Notes under the pieces: model-generated
What the model was told of the DNA's origin: nothing
Databases searched by the model: none
What the model saw: only the letters and a program-made list of their open reading frames with translations
Assembly (NCBI GenBank): GCA_010909165.1
Contig: MU008200.1
Coordinates: 433,724 to 497,723, forward strand
Source of the DNA: Anthoceros angustus
Lineage: Eukaryota > Plantae > Anthocerotophyta
Direction: 5' to 3'
DNA: 64,000 bases
Shown here: one piece after another, positions 1-12,759 of the stretch
Layout: each line of letters begins with the position of its first letter
Numbering within the stretch: position 1 is the stretch's first letter
Program-made: the position numbers and the translations under genes

Positions 1-470
1 GTATGCCAGGATTTCAGGAAGCTCAATGAACGAAGAAGGATCATCACCCTTTGCCTTTCATGGACAGTGTGCTGGACACGGTAGCCGGACATGAGATGTA
101 TAGTTTCTTGGACGGATATTCTGGGTACAATCAGATTTCGCTGCGGAAGGAAGATCAGGACAAGACAACATTCACAACGGATTGGGGAACCTACGCTTAT
201 TCAAAACTCCCTTTCGGGTTGTGTAATGCCCCTGCCACTTTCCAGCGTGTGGTGAACGCGATATTCCGAGACTTCTTACGGAAGTTTATGGAGGTATTCC
301 TAGATGATTTCTGCGTGTTCGGAAGGAGGAAACTGCATTTAGATCATTTGAGACAATGTTTCCAGAAATGCAGAGAGTCGAACATGAAACTTCATCCGGG
401 GAAGTGTTATTTTGGTATGACGGAGGGCATTTTGTTAGCACATCGGGTCTCATGCGATTGCGAGAGATAA
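1..470 (+). pseudogene. pol: Gypsy reverse transcriptase (partial, frameshifted)
   Basis: ORF 51-470 reads YSFLDGYSGYNQI...KTTFTTDWGTYAY..LPFGLCNAPATFQR...MEVFLDDF (catalytic xxDD). Confidence 0.95.
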
Positions 471-599
471 GTAGCAATTATAGGCGAGATGGACGCACCA
501 CAAAGCGGTGAGACAGTGCGTGCTTTTGTAGGCTGGTAGGATATTACAGGAGGTTCATCAAGGATTTCGCTAAGAAGGCAGCCTTGTTGACACAATTGA

Positions 600-1095
600 C
601 CAAGAAGGATATACCTTCGAATGGACCAATGCAAGGCAGAGGCTTTTGGCGGTGACGACAGTGGCGCGTTACAACCGGATTGGGAGAAACCGTTTCACGT
701 ATACGTGGATGTGTCCGCCTATGCCATCGGGACCGTCTTAAGCCAGAAGGACGAGAAGAAACGGGATCATCCGATTTTCTATGCCGGTAGACAGCTCACG
801 GATGCTGAGAAGAACTACTCAACCACGGAGCGGGAGGGTCTTGGTATCATTTACTCCTGTAAGAAGTTTAGACACTATCTGCTTGCTTGCAAAGTGACGT
901 TCCATGTTGACCATTTTGCGTTGAAGTACCTTGTCAACAAGCCAGATTTGTCAGGAAGGATTGCCAGATGGGTGCTACTGCTGCAAGAATTTGATTACGA
1001 CGTAGAAACTAGGCCAGGGAAGCAGCATCAAAATGCTGATTTTATTTCGTCACGCGAGGAGCGACTTGAGGCCACGACGATTTCACGAGGAGTTG
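600..1095 (+). pseudogene. pol: Gypsy RNase H (RT-Ty3 type)
   Basis: ORF 621-1130 reads KPFHVYVDVSAYAIGTVLSQ...HPIFYAGRQLTDAEKNYSTTEREGLGII...FHVDHFALKYL...RIARWVLLLQEFD. Confidence 0.93.
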
Positions 1096-1659
1096 GTCGC
1101 ACAGTCGAAGAGGACGTGAGCATGTTGTAGGGCCTAATTGATCAGCAAGTCTTGTTGCCAGCGGAGAGGCCAAATGAGCAAGAAGGAGCGTTGTGCGGAA
1201 AAGCTGCCAGACAATCACAAATCCGAGGGGATAGGATGGCGCCGGATGGGCGAGGAGGAGGCTGGAATGCTCCTCAAGGGTGAGCAGTCGGAGGGCTGCA
1301 AGTGGAGGCCACGAGTTGGCAAAGGAAGGAGGTGCACCCCATGACAAGTTTGAAGAAAAATCGGGAGAGAAGGATGGCATTCATGGGAAATCACTCTAAG
1401 GAGGACATGGAGGTGCAGGAAGGAAGAGGTCGCCATGGGGGAGCTGGCTGACCTAGTCACGAGGCTAGGGTGAATGGAAAAGAGATCGCCCGTTGTCGGA
1501 GGAGGAGCATGCAAACGGGCTGGGAGGACGTGCGGCGGGCGGCGGGGCGATGGATTTGTAGATAGATCCACGCCACAGGGCTACTAGACGAGCTAGCGGG
1601 GAGGCGTGGTATGGGAAGGAGGAGATTAGAACGAGGGGCGTTCATGCCCAAGATATCTG

Positions 1660-2790
1660 AGCGGTGAAATCGCAAGTTCTGGAGCATGGAATCATGCCCG
1701 ATGGTTTGTCGGGGAGGCGGGCTGTTTTCTCCATAAAGCCTCGCCCCTATTGCCTAAAGGAGGCGTCTATACAAGCTTGGGCCGGACGAGAAGATTGAGA
1801 TGCCTCGAGGTTGAAGAGGCACACTCACGGAGGCACTACATGCGAAGAGGCGGTGGACACTATTCGGCATGACCGTTAAGAAGATCTTGAATGCGAGTTC
1901 GGTGGCTACGATGCAAGGATGTGTGGGAGTTCACTCGGAGGTGTGATGCGTGTCGAGGGTTGGGCGGCCTACATTGTATGGCCTCTCACCCATACTACCG
2001 TTAGCACCATTCGAGAAGTGGGGAATCGATTTCGTGGGGCCGATCAAACCACCAACCCAATGGACGGTACATTTTGGTGGCTACGGATTATTGCGAAGAT
2101 GGTGGAGCGGAAGCGGCGAGGAAGGGACGCTGCAATGGCAAAGTTTTTTCGAGAACATCATAACGAAACGGTGTCCTTTAGAGTTGGTCGGCCAGGGACA
2201 CATTTCCTCAACTCGCGTTGAGTCCCTAACCACCTACTTCAACATTCGGCATCGAAGACGCCCCTACAACCCCAAGGCGGATTGTGGAGAAGGCAGGTTG
2301 TGCACAATCCTCACCAAGGTAATTGTACACATGTATGATTGGGATGCTAAGTTGCATTCGACCGTGGGCTTACAGACCGAGAAGGTAACCACCAAGAAGA
2401 CCCCTTACTATCTGAGGTATGGAATGTCACTGTGATGCCGTGGAATTTGAAGTACCTACCTACGGATCATGGAGGATGAGCATGATGTAGAGATAGTAGC
2501 TAGGTTAGAATCTTCATAGAGCGGGAGGAACGCGGGAAGATGCTTTAGAGGAGACTCAAGATTCAAGAACTCGGAAAGACCGCATGATGGGAAAAGTAAG
2601 CAGAGGCTATCGCGGGATTTAGTTCTTCTCTACGATAGTCGATACCTGGACTTCCGGGGAAGCTTAGGCTGAGATGGATGGGACCTTACGAGGTAGTAGC
2701 GATATGAGAATGGATCTGCAACTCGGGTACTAGGCGGTGTGCCGACAGTGAATGGGTGGAAGGTTAAACCTTCACCCGAGTACATTGTTT
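1660..2790 (+). pseudogene. pol: Gypsy integrase: HHCC zinc domain, catalytic core and C-terminal GPY motif; several frameshifts
   Basis: Manual translation gives LH..GGHY..CDAC around 1835-1950; PFEKWGIDFVGPIKP in ORF 1950-2435; GKLRLRWMGPYEVV at about 2657-2700; VNGWKVKP at about 2748-2771. Confidence 0.9.
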
Positions 2791-3130
2791 GCGAGGACGC
2801 AAAGCAGTGAGGAGGGGAGTATGTGGAACGCATAAAGTTTGGGCAACCAGTCCAAAGAGCCGAGACAAACAAGTTTGATTTTTTTTGGCTAAAACGATTG
2901 AAGAGGAGCATGCCAGAAATTTTCTAGAACCTTGAAGTTGTAGGATATTGTTAGGAAGTCGAAGAGGATATCCGGGAAAAGAACGGGTCAAAACGACCCC
3001 GGGCGGGAATGGCGGTCGAAGGGCGGTGGTGGCACTACCGGTAGGCTGCCACCCTCCCGATGAAAAGAGCAAAGCGGACTACGGTAGGCTAAAATCTCGG
3101 TAAAAGAAATTAGAATAAGGGGATATCCAC

Positions 3131-3137
3131 TATATAT
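3131..3137 (+). promoter_or_regulatory. Candidate TATA box of an internal promoter for the Gypsy 3' extra ORF
   Basis: CACTATATATGC..CAATAGGGAAT is conserved at 3128-3152 (+) and 17476-17501 (-) in an AT-rich spacer just upstream of the extra ORF. Promoter function is inferred. Confidence 0.4.
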
Positions 3138-3349
3138 GCTCAATAGGGAATAAATATATATAGATTAATTAGGGTAGCGGTAGAATAGAAAATAGGTTTA
3201 GATAGGATTAGGATTTTGAATGATGAACCAAATCTAGGGTTGTGCAGCCTCTGTGATCATCCAAAGAGGCAAAGTGCGGTTGGGCGCGCAACTTCCTCTT
3301 GGAGGCGTCCTCAGTGAGAGGCTGGAGGTGGGCGTAAGAGGGAGAGAAG

Positions 3350-5853
3350 GAAGGCACCGCCATTGCCGTCTGCGAGCAGAGAGGCGGCGGCGCAAGAGGA
3401 AACCCTAGGCGAGGAGAAGGGCGGAAGAGCGAGGACACCAAGGGTGTTTGGAAGTGGAAGCGTGAAGGAGGCGTCGGAATCGAGGCGGAGCCACAGAGTT
3501 GGGGTGCCTGGCGCGTGAGATTGAAGAGATTGAAGGCGCGGTGGAGCAAATTGAGCGGAGAAGAGGATCGCGCTCACCCGGCGGCGCCCCCTGGAAGGAG
3601 AATCGCGAGGAAAATGGTGGCGGTGGGTCCAAACTAGCTGGGTGTGTGGTTTGTTTGCTCAGAGAAGGGTGTTGGAAACAAGCCTGAGGGAATTGGAAGT
3701 AATTCCCTTGAAGCACTTGGAGAAAAGGCACCATGCCTCGGAGGAAAGGCAAGGGAAGGAACGCAAGGGTTCCTCTCGAGGAGGAAAGGGCGCCAAGGCT
3801 GCCCAGGGAGGCGGCTTATAATGCCCCAATTCACTTGTTTTGCAGCTAACCCCGGATTTGGTTGATTTTCAATGGGCGGGAGGATAACATCCAATTGGGA
3901 TGGGTGTATGGCCAATGGGCCTACACCAATTTGGAGTTGATTGAGAGTGCTTCATCAATCTCCATCGATCGAGGCAGCCCTGCCGCATGGAAAGGAATGC
4001 TCGACGGATCCTCATTCTTTGGGCCGTAAGGAGCATTCGACAGGTGTATGGGAGACCGGAGACTCCCTTTCTTCCTCAGCCTGCAACGTCTTTAGCCTCT
4101 CTAGGAGTATTTCAGCTTGCCGGAGTGGCCTTAGCAGGCTTGCTTCATCACCTGTGTCTTCGGCCAGCTCCTCCTCCCTCACATGCTTTGTCCAGCACAG
4201 AGTCACATTGAAGAGCACCTTCTAGCCGCCCATTCTGAGACTGGTGCCCACCATATGTGTCTCATCCCACTCTTCCTCAAGCTGGGCCGAGCAAGGTGTC
4301 TCTCAGCCACTTCCCCCACCTCTGCGTCTGGGTGGGAATCTTTCCCCCAGAGCAAGAGGGAGAGGAGCGAGGCGGCCGAGAAGGCGGTGGTAGTCTATGA
4401 GAGGAGGACTACCACGGGAGGGTGTGACCCCCAAGGGTGGGGAGTCCCACCATCTCATTTGTGCCTAGAGGGAGGCACCCATGACCCCGGTGAGAGGCGC
4501 TACCAAGGGGTGGGCGGACTCGTGGTAGATCGACCTACCATGGTAGGTAGGCGGACTACCGGAGGGGCCCCCACATGGTGAGCACCCCTAGGCGGGCCTC
4601 ACGGAGGTGGGAAGGGAAAGGAGAAGAAGCGGCCGTGGGGCGAGGCCACCTCTCCCGCAGGGAGGAGGCGGATGGAGCGGCGGTGAGGGACCGCGCCGAT
4701 GGTCCAGCGGAGGAAATTTCCAGCAAAGAAGGAGGGGAATTAGGACCCCTAGGAGATTCTTTGGGTGCTTGTGAAGCACTCGGCCGTGTGGATTTTGAAG
4801 GGGCTAGGGAGCAGCCTCCTTGTGGGGCATGCCAAGAGGAAGTGAAAGCCTCAAGACATGGCCGGAGGAGGCGGGGACCAAATGGCAATTGGAGGCCATG
4901 GAGTCCGATGAGCAGCCAAGCAATTGGAAAGGCAGAGAAGCTCAACACGACCTCATGGATGAGCGGCGGAGAAAGTCCGAGGGAAGGTTGTCGAAGAAAG
5001 AGCCATTCGGGCAACGGCATTCTTGGAGGCAGGCGGAGGAGCATTTTGCCCAATTAGAGCAAGAAAGGGCAAAAGCGGAGGCTCTCGGAAGGAGAAGGTA
5101 GCGGTCCAACAATTGGACGCGAGAGCAGTGATGGCTACCCAAGCCATCAAGATCCGGGACATGGAAGAGGTGCGAAGGATCGGTTCAATTTGGAAGAGAA
5201 GCTGGAGCTAAAGCTCAAGATCGTGGCAGAATTGGGCGAGAGTGGTGGCAAGTGGAGAAGGAGAGACTTGCCAAGCGGCTGGCCGAGTGGAACAAAGGAG
5301 GTTCCAAGAGGAGGAGCGCACAAGAAGGTGGTGCATGAATGGTGGTGAGAAAGCGAGATTTTGGGCGGACTATGCCCTTGAGGCAAAGATGGCCCAAGGG
5401 AAGTGAGGGAGGAAAATGTACCCTCCATGTCAAGGTGGGGGAATTGACCACCTCAAGGACGCCTACAAGGTAGGTGTGAAGATGGAGAGTGGCCCACGGA
5501 GTTGATGATCTCCAAATGCAATATCATAGCTTGGGGGCTCACCTCACAATAGATTTGAAGGCCAACAATGAGATCTTGCGTTTGGCCAGAGGAGGACATT
5601 GGGTCCTCATGATGATGGCAAAGGTCTTTGCAGCAGTGCAGCCGAGGCCTCAATTTTGATGAGGCCATCGGTGAGAAATGGACTCAGGAATCAGGAGTCG
5701 AGGAGATGAGGAGGCGGCCGTGGCCAAGGGTGGAAGATGGCGCGGAGGAGAGCAGGAGGGACAGCCCACCCTCACAGGGGTCAACCTACCACGGTGGTGA
5801 CCACCTATCCGATGATCTGCCCACTGGCGGTGCGACCACACTCGCCCGGTGGT
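3350..5853 (+). pseudogene. Degenerate 3' extra ORF of G1a (basic N-terminus, coiled-coil C-terminus; conserved core replaced)
   Basis: MPQFTCFA..IQLGWVYG segment (3820-3920) matches 16085-16453 (-). 4330-5800 is an inverted homologue of 7500-8880. Confidence 0.65.
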
Positions 5854-6824
5854 TGTGGTAGGGAAGACCCGGGCACTCAGGTCCTCCCACTATAGCGGCC
5901 ACACTTATCCCAGTGCGTCGTTGGGTTTCGTCCCATGAGACTTGTGTGTGTGAAAGTTGTGTGCAGTCGCTACTGCGAGACACAACTTCGACCTTCTAAA
6001 CAAGCAAGGCGCCCCTCTCTCCCTCTCTGGTGCACCGCTTGCCTTTGCTCGAAAAATCGCCAATCCTCGACCTACAAACGCGATTGCAGGTCCACCTTCG
6101 GCGAGGAGCCTATCACGGCGCCGAGGACCCCCAGTCCACACGATTTCGTCCCTACTTCTAAGACCACTCTTCTCCACTCGGGGCGCTCTTTTACTTGCAT
6201 TTGGGATTCGTCCCTTAGGCTGCATGGCCTTCCACTAACACCTACACTCTAATCCTCTACTCATCTCCTCATCCTCTTCCTCCTATTCTAACCTCGATTC
6301 GGGCTTCTTGGCCCGACTTTACGGCTGCTGCACAGGTCGGCCTCCACCGACAAGTTCTTCCTTGGGCGGTTGCTATGAGTTTGACACCGCGAGAACCTCC
6401 GAGTCTTTCCTAGTCTACCCTCAAGCCGAGTTCCACATTGCCACACACCCAAAGCAAAGCAATTTCACAACCATTCACAAGGGGAGCAACTCGTTTAGGC
6501 ACTTGCTGAGCAAGTCCTCCACCAAGCACTCAGCCACGCGACTTCCTCTCTACAGACTGCGTTGGCTCACGGCACGAAATTCCTTTACAAGGGCAAAGGA
6601 CTCGAGTATGGGCGCAAGGCGTGATACTTTACTTTGTGAAATCCTCCTCCTCTTATAGGAGGCCTTCCACATACAACCTCCCTTAGGTGACCCTCTGCGG
6701 TCACCTTTTCCAATCTATTATTTCCTACATGACATTTAATGCAGCACCTAAATCTATTATCGATCCTTGGTAAATTCTATTCTAGTAACTTCACCTAAGA
6801 TCATCCTTAAAGGATGTCACCACA
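5854..6824 (-). repeat. 3' LTR of Gypsy G1b (971 bp)
   Basis: Termini TGTGGT...ACCACA form a 6-bp inverted repeat. Homology with 61839-62820 stops exactly at this TG. CTATAAGAGG TATA box at about 6650-6658 (-). A polypurine tract abuts the right end. Confidence 0.8.
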
Positions 6825-6845
6825 CCACCTATCCTTCTATTCCCC
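6825..6845 (-). promoter_or_regulatory. Polypurine tract of G1b
   Basis: GGGGAATAGAAGGATAGGTGG on the minus strand immediately precedes the LTR TG. Confidence 0.7.
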
Positions 6846-6850
6846 AAAGC

Positions 6851-9470
6851 TCATTTATGGTCATTGACCATTCTAGTCCTTATCTCGGGTGGACGTGTCC
6901 CTGTGGATTGGCTCGCCTCCTTTTGCTCCCCGCCCCTTCCCATCCCGCCGCTCAATGTGGGGCAATCCCCGCCTTCCTCCATCTCGGGGCGGCCAATTCC
7001 TCCTCCAGACCGCCCTTCCGCACAGCGCCTTTTCCGCCTCCGCCGCCGGTCGCGCCTGCTCATCAAGACCCTACCGCTGTAGTCCGCAGATCATCGGTAG
7101 GCCGACTACCTACCATGGTAGTCTCCTTCATTTTCTTCTTCTCCCATCTCCGCTTGGGTTGGAATCTCCGCTCCTTTCCTGCTTGATTTGTCCATACCTA
7201 TCATGGAGCATTCTCAAAGATTCTTCCCCAATTGTCACTTTCCGGCCCTTTTCATCGCCCTCCGGCCCGGCCCTTCCCTGCTCGGGTGAGGGAACTTCTC
7301 ACCCTCCTTCCTGACGGGTCGGATCCTGCCTCCTCTCTCCCGTTTCCACCTCCTCTATTCCGAGGGGTATGCCACCGACCCCGGCCCCTTCATTCGCAGC
7401 CAGCCTGCCCGACTCCCCAACAGCCCCGCCCGCTGGCACTGCACCCTAGTCCGCACTACCAGAGGTGGGAGGCTCACCACGGTAGTCCGCAGACTACTCA
7501 GGGTGGTCACCACCGTGGTAGACTGAGGCGGGCTGTCCTCCTTACGCCATCTTCCACCTTGGCGCCGGCGCCTCCTCCTCTCCTCCCCTGACTTCCTGAG
7601 TCCATGTCACTGATGGCCTCATCAAAGTCGAGGCCTCGCTGCACTTGCCGCAGCTCCTTCCGCCATCATCATGAGGACCTATTGTCCTCCTCTTGGCCAA
7701 CGCAAGACTCATTGTTGGCCTTCAAAATCCTTGGAGGTGAGCAAGCTATGATACGCATTTGGAGATCATCAACTCCGTGGCCACTCCATCCTCACACCTA
7801 CCCTTGTATCCCTCGAGGTGGTCAATTCTCCCACCTTGACATGGAGGTCACATTCTCCTCCTTGCTTCGGTGGTTGGCCAATTTTGCTGAAGGGCATAAT
7901 GCCCAAAATCTCTTCCTCACCACCGGCATCACATGTACCACCTTCTTGTGGTACTCCTCCTTGGAACCTCCTTTGTTCCAGCTCGGCCATTGCTTGGCAA
8001 GTCTCTCCTCTCCTCCTTGCACCCTTTAGCTCCAACTCTTGCGATCTCTTGAGCCTTTAGCTCCAGCTTCTCTCCTCAATTGCGGGTCTTCTCAATTCTT
8101 CCTTCCATGTCCGGATCTTGATGGCTTGGGTAGCCATCACTTCTGTCGTCCATTTGTTGGACCACCTTCCTAGAGCCTCTGTTTTGCCCTTTCTCTTGCT
8201 CTAATTGGGCAAAATGCTCTTCCGCCTTTCCACGAATCCCGTTGGGTTGTTGCGAATGGCTCTCTCCTCGATGCGACAACCTCCCTCTAGGACCTTCTCC
8301 GCTCTCCATGGTCCACGAGATCTGGAGCTTTTCCTTTCTCCGGCTGTCGGACTCCATGGCCTCCATTGCCATTTGGTCCACCTTCCTCTCCGTCATGTCT
8401 TGGGCTTGACTTCCTCTTGGTGCCCACAAGGGCTGCTAGCTCCTAGCCCCTTCAAATCCACGTGAGTGCTTCACAAGCACTCGGCAATTCTCCTAGGGGT
8501 CCTAATTCCACCCTCTTCTTGCTGGAAATTTCCAGCTCTCCCTTCTCGGCCATCAGCGGTGGGGTCCTCTCACATCGCCCCCATCCTAGCGGGTGGTGGC
8601 CTGGGCGCCCGCCGGCGCTCTCTTCTCTCCTTCCCTTCCCTACATGGGCGCGCCTACAGCGGTGGTGCTCCCCTACCGTGGTGTGTGAGTGCCCCACCCT
8701 GGGTGGGTGCCTCCCCTAGGGGTGGGGTGCCTCTCCTAGGCACAAATGAGATGGTGGGGACTCCCCCACCCTTGGGCATCACCCCTGTGGTAGTCCTCCT
8801 CATAGACTACCATTCGGCCTTCCTCGGCGGTTCACATTCTCTCCTCCCTTGCTCTTGTGGGGAAAAGATTCCCACTCACGGCAACCTTGTTGCCTCTACA
8901 TCCTCCGCCCTTGCACATGCTTGTGGAGTCGACCTCCCTGTCTTCCTCAATGCAAAGGCAAGGCCTTTCCAAGCTTGGCTGGAGATGAATTATCTCGAAG
9001 GATGCCAAGCATCTTCCAACTCCTTGCTTGTGAGAAGTCCCTCGTTTCCACAAATGCACCAAATAGGTGCTAAGGTAGCTTGGCCTTCCTCATCCGAATT
9101 GCTTGAGGAGCTTCTCCTGGTGGATGTAGGCCTCATACATGATGGTGCCCCAATCGGCTTGGCTCCCATTGAAATCTTCCACAAAATTGCGGAGGAAGTT
9201 GGTGCTGAAATAAGGCGTCCTTTGGTAATTCACCCCAACACAATCTTAAAAGCCTCCACTTGACTCCTTGATGCTCATTTTCCAGCCATTCTTGGCATGG
9301 GCCTTCACTCCCCCGTCCATCATGTCGAGGATCTCCTGCGGAATTTCGGAGAGGGCCGTCCTCTTTCCTCCATTCGTCCTCTTGAGGAGAGCAATTCTTG
9401 AGCTCTCCTCCTCACCAGCGCATAGGTGATTAGATGGGCGTCGAGCTTCATCCACCTTGGCTGAGTGCTT
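6851..9470 (-). pseudogene. G1b 3' extra ORF (resembles the Athila env-like / putative plant transposon protein domain), frameshifted
   Basis: Core GGVKAHAKNGWK...KIVLGVNYQRTPYFSTNFL..WKISMGAKP at 8990-9320, followed by E/R/K-rich coiled-coil sequence. Family resemblance is recalled, not searched. Confidence 0.6.
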
Positions 9471-9623
9471 CAGGTCTGTGGGACAGCTGCCAAACTAACC
9501 CTCCCTGTTTCCATGCACAGGTGCCTGAAGACAAAGCTGGCACTGGCAAGCCCGCAAACTAAAAAAAACAGAGGACTCGGGCCTCACCCGTAAGTCCTTC
9601 TTCCTTCTGTCTGCTGTCTGCTG

Positions 9624-11225
9624 TCATAGTTTAGGTCTGAAATATGGTTGAAAGTTCATCAGCCCTAGGCCTTGCATGTGCTTCTGGTGTTTATCTTTTG
9701 ACAAGGCCTTCGTTAGAATGTCTGCTGTGTTATTCTCAGTAGGTACGTAGAGAATCTTGACTAACCCCCTCTCAGCAGCATCTCTAACATAGTGATGATG
9801 GACTTCGATGTGCTTGGTCTGAGCGTGGAATCTGGGATTGGCAACAAGGGCGATGGCGGACTGATTGTCACAATACAGGTGAGTTGGGCCATCCTGTGTC
9901 TGCCCTAGGTCTTTTAAGAATGACCTCTCCCACTCCACCTCTTTGGTAGCATCAGTCAAGGACTTATATTCTGCCTCGGTGCTAGACAGGGCGATGCTAG
10001 ACTGCTTTTTGCAGCTCCAATTAATGGTAGCTTGGGCGAGGAGGAAGGCATAAGTCGATAGGCTTTTCCTAGAATCACTGTCCGAAGCCCAGTCGGCGTT
10101 AGTGTAACCCTCAAGTATAAGGTGAGACTCCCCTCCACGCTTGTAGCACAGACCAACATAGTGTGAGCCTTTTAGATAACTAAACACTCGTTTCACGGCT
10201 GTCCAGTGAGCACGACCAGGGTTATCTAAAAATTGTGATACTGTGCTGACTGAGTCCTGTATATTAGGTCTCGTCCAATTGCTGACGAAGATCAAACTAC
10301 CAACAGCCTGGCGGTATGGAACTTCCAGCATCTCCTGCTTGTCATCATCTGTTATAGGACACTCGTATCTGGTGAGTTTTGTCCCTACAGCACCTGGAGT
10401 AGAAGCAGGATGGGCTTGTCCCATGTTAAATTTGTGTAAAATTTCCGCTATGTATTTGTGTTGGTGTATGATTAGCAGCCCTTCTGACCGAACCCTTAGA
10501 ACCTGGATCCCAAGGCAGAAGAGAAGGTCACCGCTGTCTGTCATCTCAAAGGTCTACCGTAACATGGTTTTTACATGTGACAGAATAGCAGGGTTGCTGG
10601 CTGCAAGGATAACATCATCAACATAAAGAGCAAGAATAACATAAGTGGAGCCGTCCCGGAACATGTAGACATTTGAGTCAGCTTTACATTGTTCGAAGCC
10701 CAAGGACTTTAGGGCAGTGTCGCACCTGTTATACCATCGTTCGGCACTCTGTTTTAAACCATATAAGCACTTGATTAGTAAGCAAACATGGGTTGGATGT
10801 GCAGGATCAACATAGCCTTCCGGCTGTTCCATGTACAGCTCCTCCTCAAGAATTCCATGTAGAAAAGCCGTGCAGACATCCATCTGCTGCAGCTCCAGGT
10901 CATATTCTGCAGCAAGGGCCAGGATCATACGGATGGACTGAGCACAGACAACGGGGGAAAAAGTCTCCTGATAGTCCAATCCGGCGATTTGGGTAAACCC
11001 TCTAGCGCACAGTCTTGCTTTATAACGGGCTATGTGCCCTTCTGCATTCAGTTTATGCTTAAATACCCATTTACAGGTAATGGCCTTCTTGTTTGCAGGT
11101 TTGGGAACAAGACACCAGGTGCCATTTTTAATCAAGCTGTTATACTCGTCATCAACGGCAAACTGCCATTTTTCTTTATCTGGTCCAGTGAGTGCCTCTG
11201 TGAGAGTAGCTGGCTCTAGAGGCAC
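9624..11225 (-). CDS. pol: C1 reverse transcriptase and RNase H (one in-frame stop at 10554-10556)
   Basis: CKWVFKHK...RYKARLCARGFTQ...QMDVCTAFLHG...LYGLKQS...LYVDDVI; then GYTNADWASD..RKSLS..SSTEAEY..YCDNQSAI..TKHIEVHHHYVR..ADILTKAL. Confidence 0.95.
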
Positions 11226-11269
11226 ATCTGGAGGGGAAAAAACTGCAGAAGCTAGGTGGCGCCTGTAAT

Positions 11270-12700
11270 CTATGCTCGAATATGGAGGTTCCTGCCACTC
11301 TGAAGGTGGAGGTCTCTGCCTGAGTGGGCGGCGTGGGCGGCATACGCATCCGGAGGAGGATGCAGAACAGCGTGCTCAGCAGGTGAGCGGGGCATAAGCA
11401 AATCATCAACTGGATCTGGTAAGGTCTCTGCTGCTGCTGCATTTTGAACATGGTCTTCATCCTCAAACATGGCATTGAGCCGTAATGGATCGGGATCTAA
11501 GAAAGGTTCCTCTGTTGCAGCTGGTTGCACAGGCCCCTGTGCAGGGTCATTAGCAAATGGAGGATCCATCCCTACAAGCTCAAAGTCATCAGCTCCTGTA
11601 TCCCCAGCTGGTACAACAGGAACTACACCATCAGCATCTAGGGGATACAAGGACAAGAGACCTGTGACTCCTTCAACACTAGTGGAATCATCTGGAGGGG
11701 ATGAATTGCTCTCATCAATTGGAGTAGGCTGCAGAGATTCCAGGAAAGTAACGCTACGTGCAAGGACTGGTTGATGAGAAACAGGATCAACGAGTTTGTA
11801 GGCTTTTACAGTCTCACTGTAGCCAACAAACACTAGTCGTTTTGATCTGTCATCTAATTTTCGGCGTTTCTCAGCAGGAACATAAGCATAGGCTTTAGAG
11901 CCAAAGATCCTGAGGTGGAGAAGACTAGGCTTGCGCTTCCAGAAAAGTTCAAACGGTGTCTTGGCAGCAAGAGAGCTTGTGGGCAGCCTGTTGAGGATAT
12001 ATGTAGAAGTCACAACGGCTTCTGCCCAGTAAGGAGATGGGAGGCCTGACCACAACAACATGGCTCGAGTCATGCCCATCAAGGTCTGGTTCTTGCGTTC
12101 AGCAACACCATTCTGTTGCTGCGTATAGGGCACAATTAGTTGGTGAATTATGCCCTGTTCAGTGAATAGGTTAGAGAAAGACTGATTAACAAACTCTGTC
12201 CCATTGTCAGATCGAAAGATTTTGAGCAAGCAGCCTGTTTGACGCTGTGCTGTGAGGAGCCAGTCTTGAAACAAGGGAAAAGTTTCCTTCTTTCTCTTCA
12301 TGGGAAATGTCCATGTGAACCTGTTGTAATCGTCTGTGATAGTGAAATAATAGTCTGCCCCTCCAAGGGAAGAAACCTGAAGGCGGCCAGAGATGTCGGC
12401 ATGGACCAATTCGAGCAGCTGTGAGGATCTTTGTGTGGGGCCAGTAGGAAAGGGCAACTCCTTCTGTTTAGCGAGAGCACAAGTTTCACAAAGTGGCAAC
12501 TCCTTCAAACAGGTAGGTAAGGGCTCACGATAGCAATTGGTCTTGCTAAGGGATGCCAGAGTCTATTTATTAACATGTCGACTGGCATGCCAGATTCTTT
12601 GTTTAGGCGTCGAGTTATCTACACTATAGAATAAGCTGATGCACTGTTGCACAGGCGGTGAAATCCAGACGATACAAGTCGTGCTCCGGCAGTGCATGAA
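11270..12700 (-). CDS. pol: C1 GAG-pre-integrase, integrase core and INT-RT linker
   Basis: CETCALAKQ..LELVHADISG..ITDDYNRFTW..FRSDNGTEF..QQNGVAERKNQTL..YWAEAV..LRIFGSKAY. Confidence 0.95.
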
Positions 12701-12759
12701 ATGCACAAACAGATGGGGAGTTTAGCCTAGAAAAGCAGCAGGATCCCTCATGAACGTGA

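Larger units (their letters stand above)
1..5853 (+). mobile_element. Ty3/Gypsy LTR retrotransposon fragment G1a (non-chromovirus, Athila/Tat-like): RT-RNaseH-integrase plus 3' extra ORF; runs off the left window edge and is cut by the LTR of G1b
   Basis: Domain order RT, RH, INT is Gypsy-type. No chromodomain is seen after the GPY motif. The region after integrase is homologous to 6851-9470, 15362-17512 and 39072-39240 (minus). Confidence 0.9.
5854..9470 (-). mobile_element. Gypsy G1b: 3' extra ORF, PPT and 3' LTR; 5' part absent
   Basis: Order on the minus strand is extra ORF (9470 to 6851), PPT, LTR. Confidence 0.8.

Noticed and set aside
1095-1660. Additional archaeal-type RNase H as in Tat/Ogre elements
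   Set aside because: No DG(A/S), EAEY or GDS motifs recognised in any frame.
8466-9263. 265-aa plus-strand ORF (also 16593-17195, 6767-8029 and similar)
   Set aside because: Antisense shadows of the minus-strand Gypsy extra ORF or LTR.
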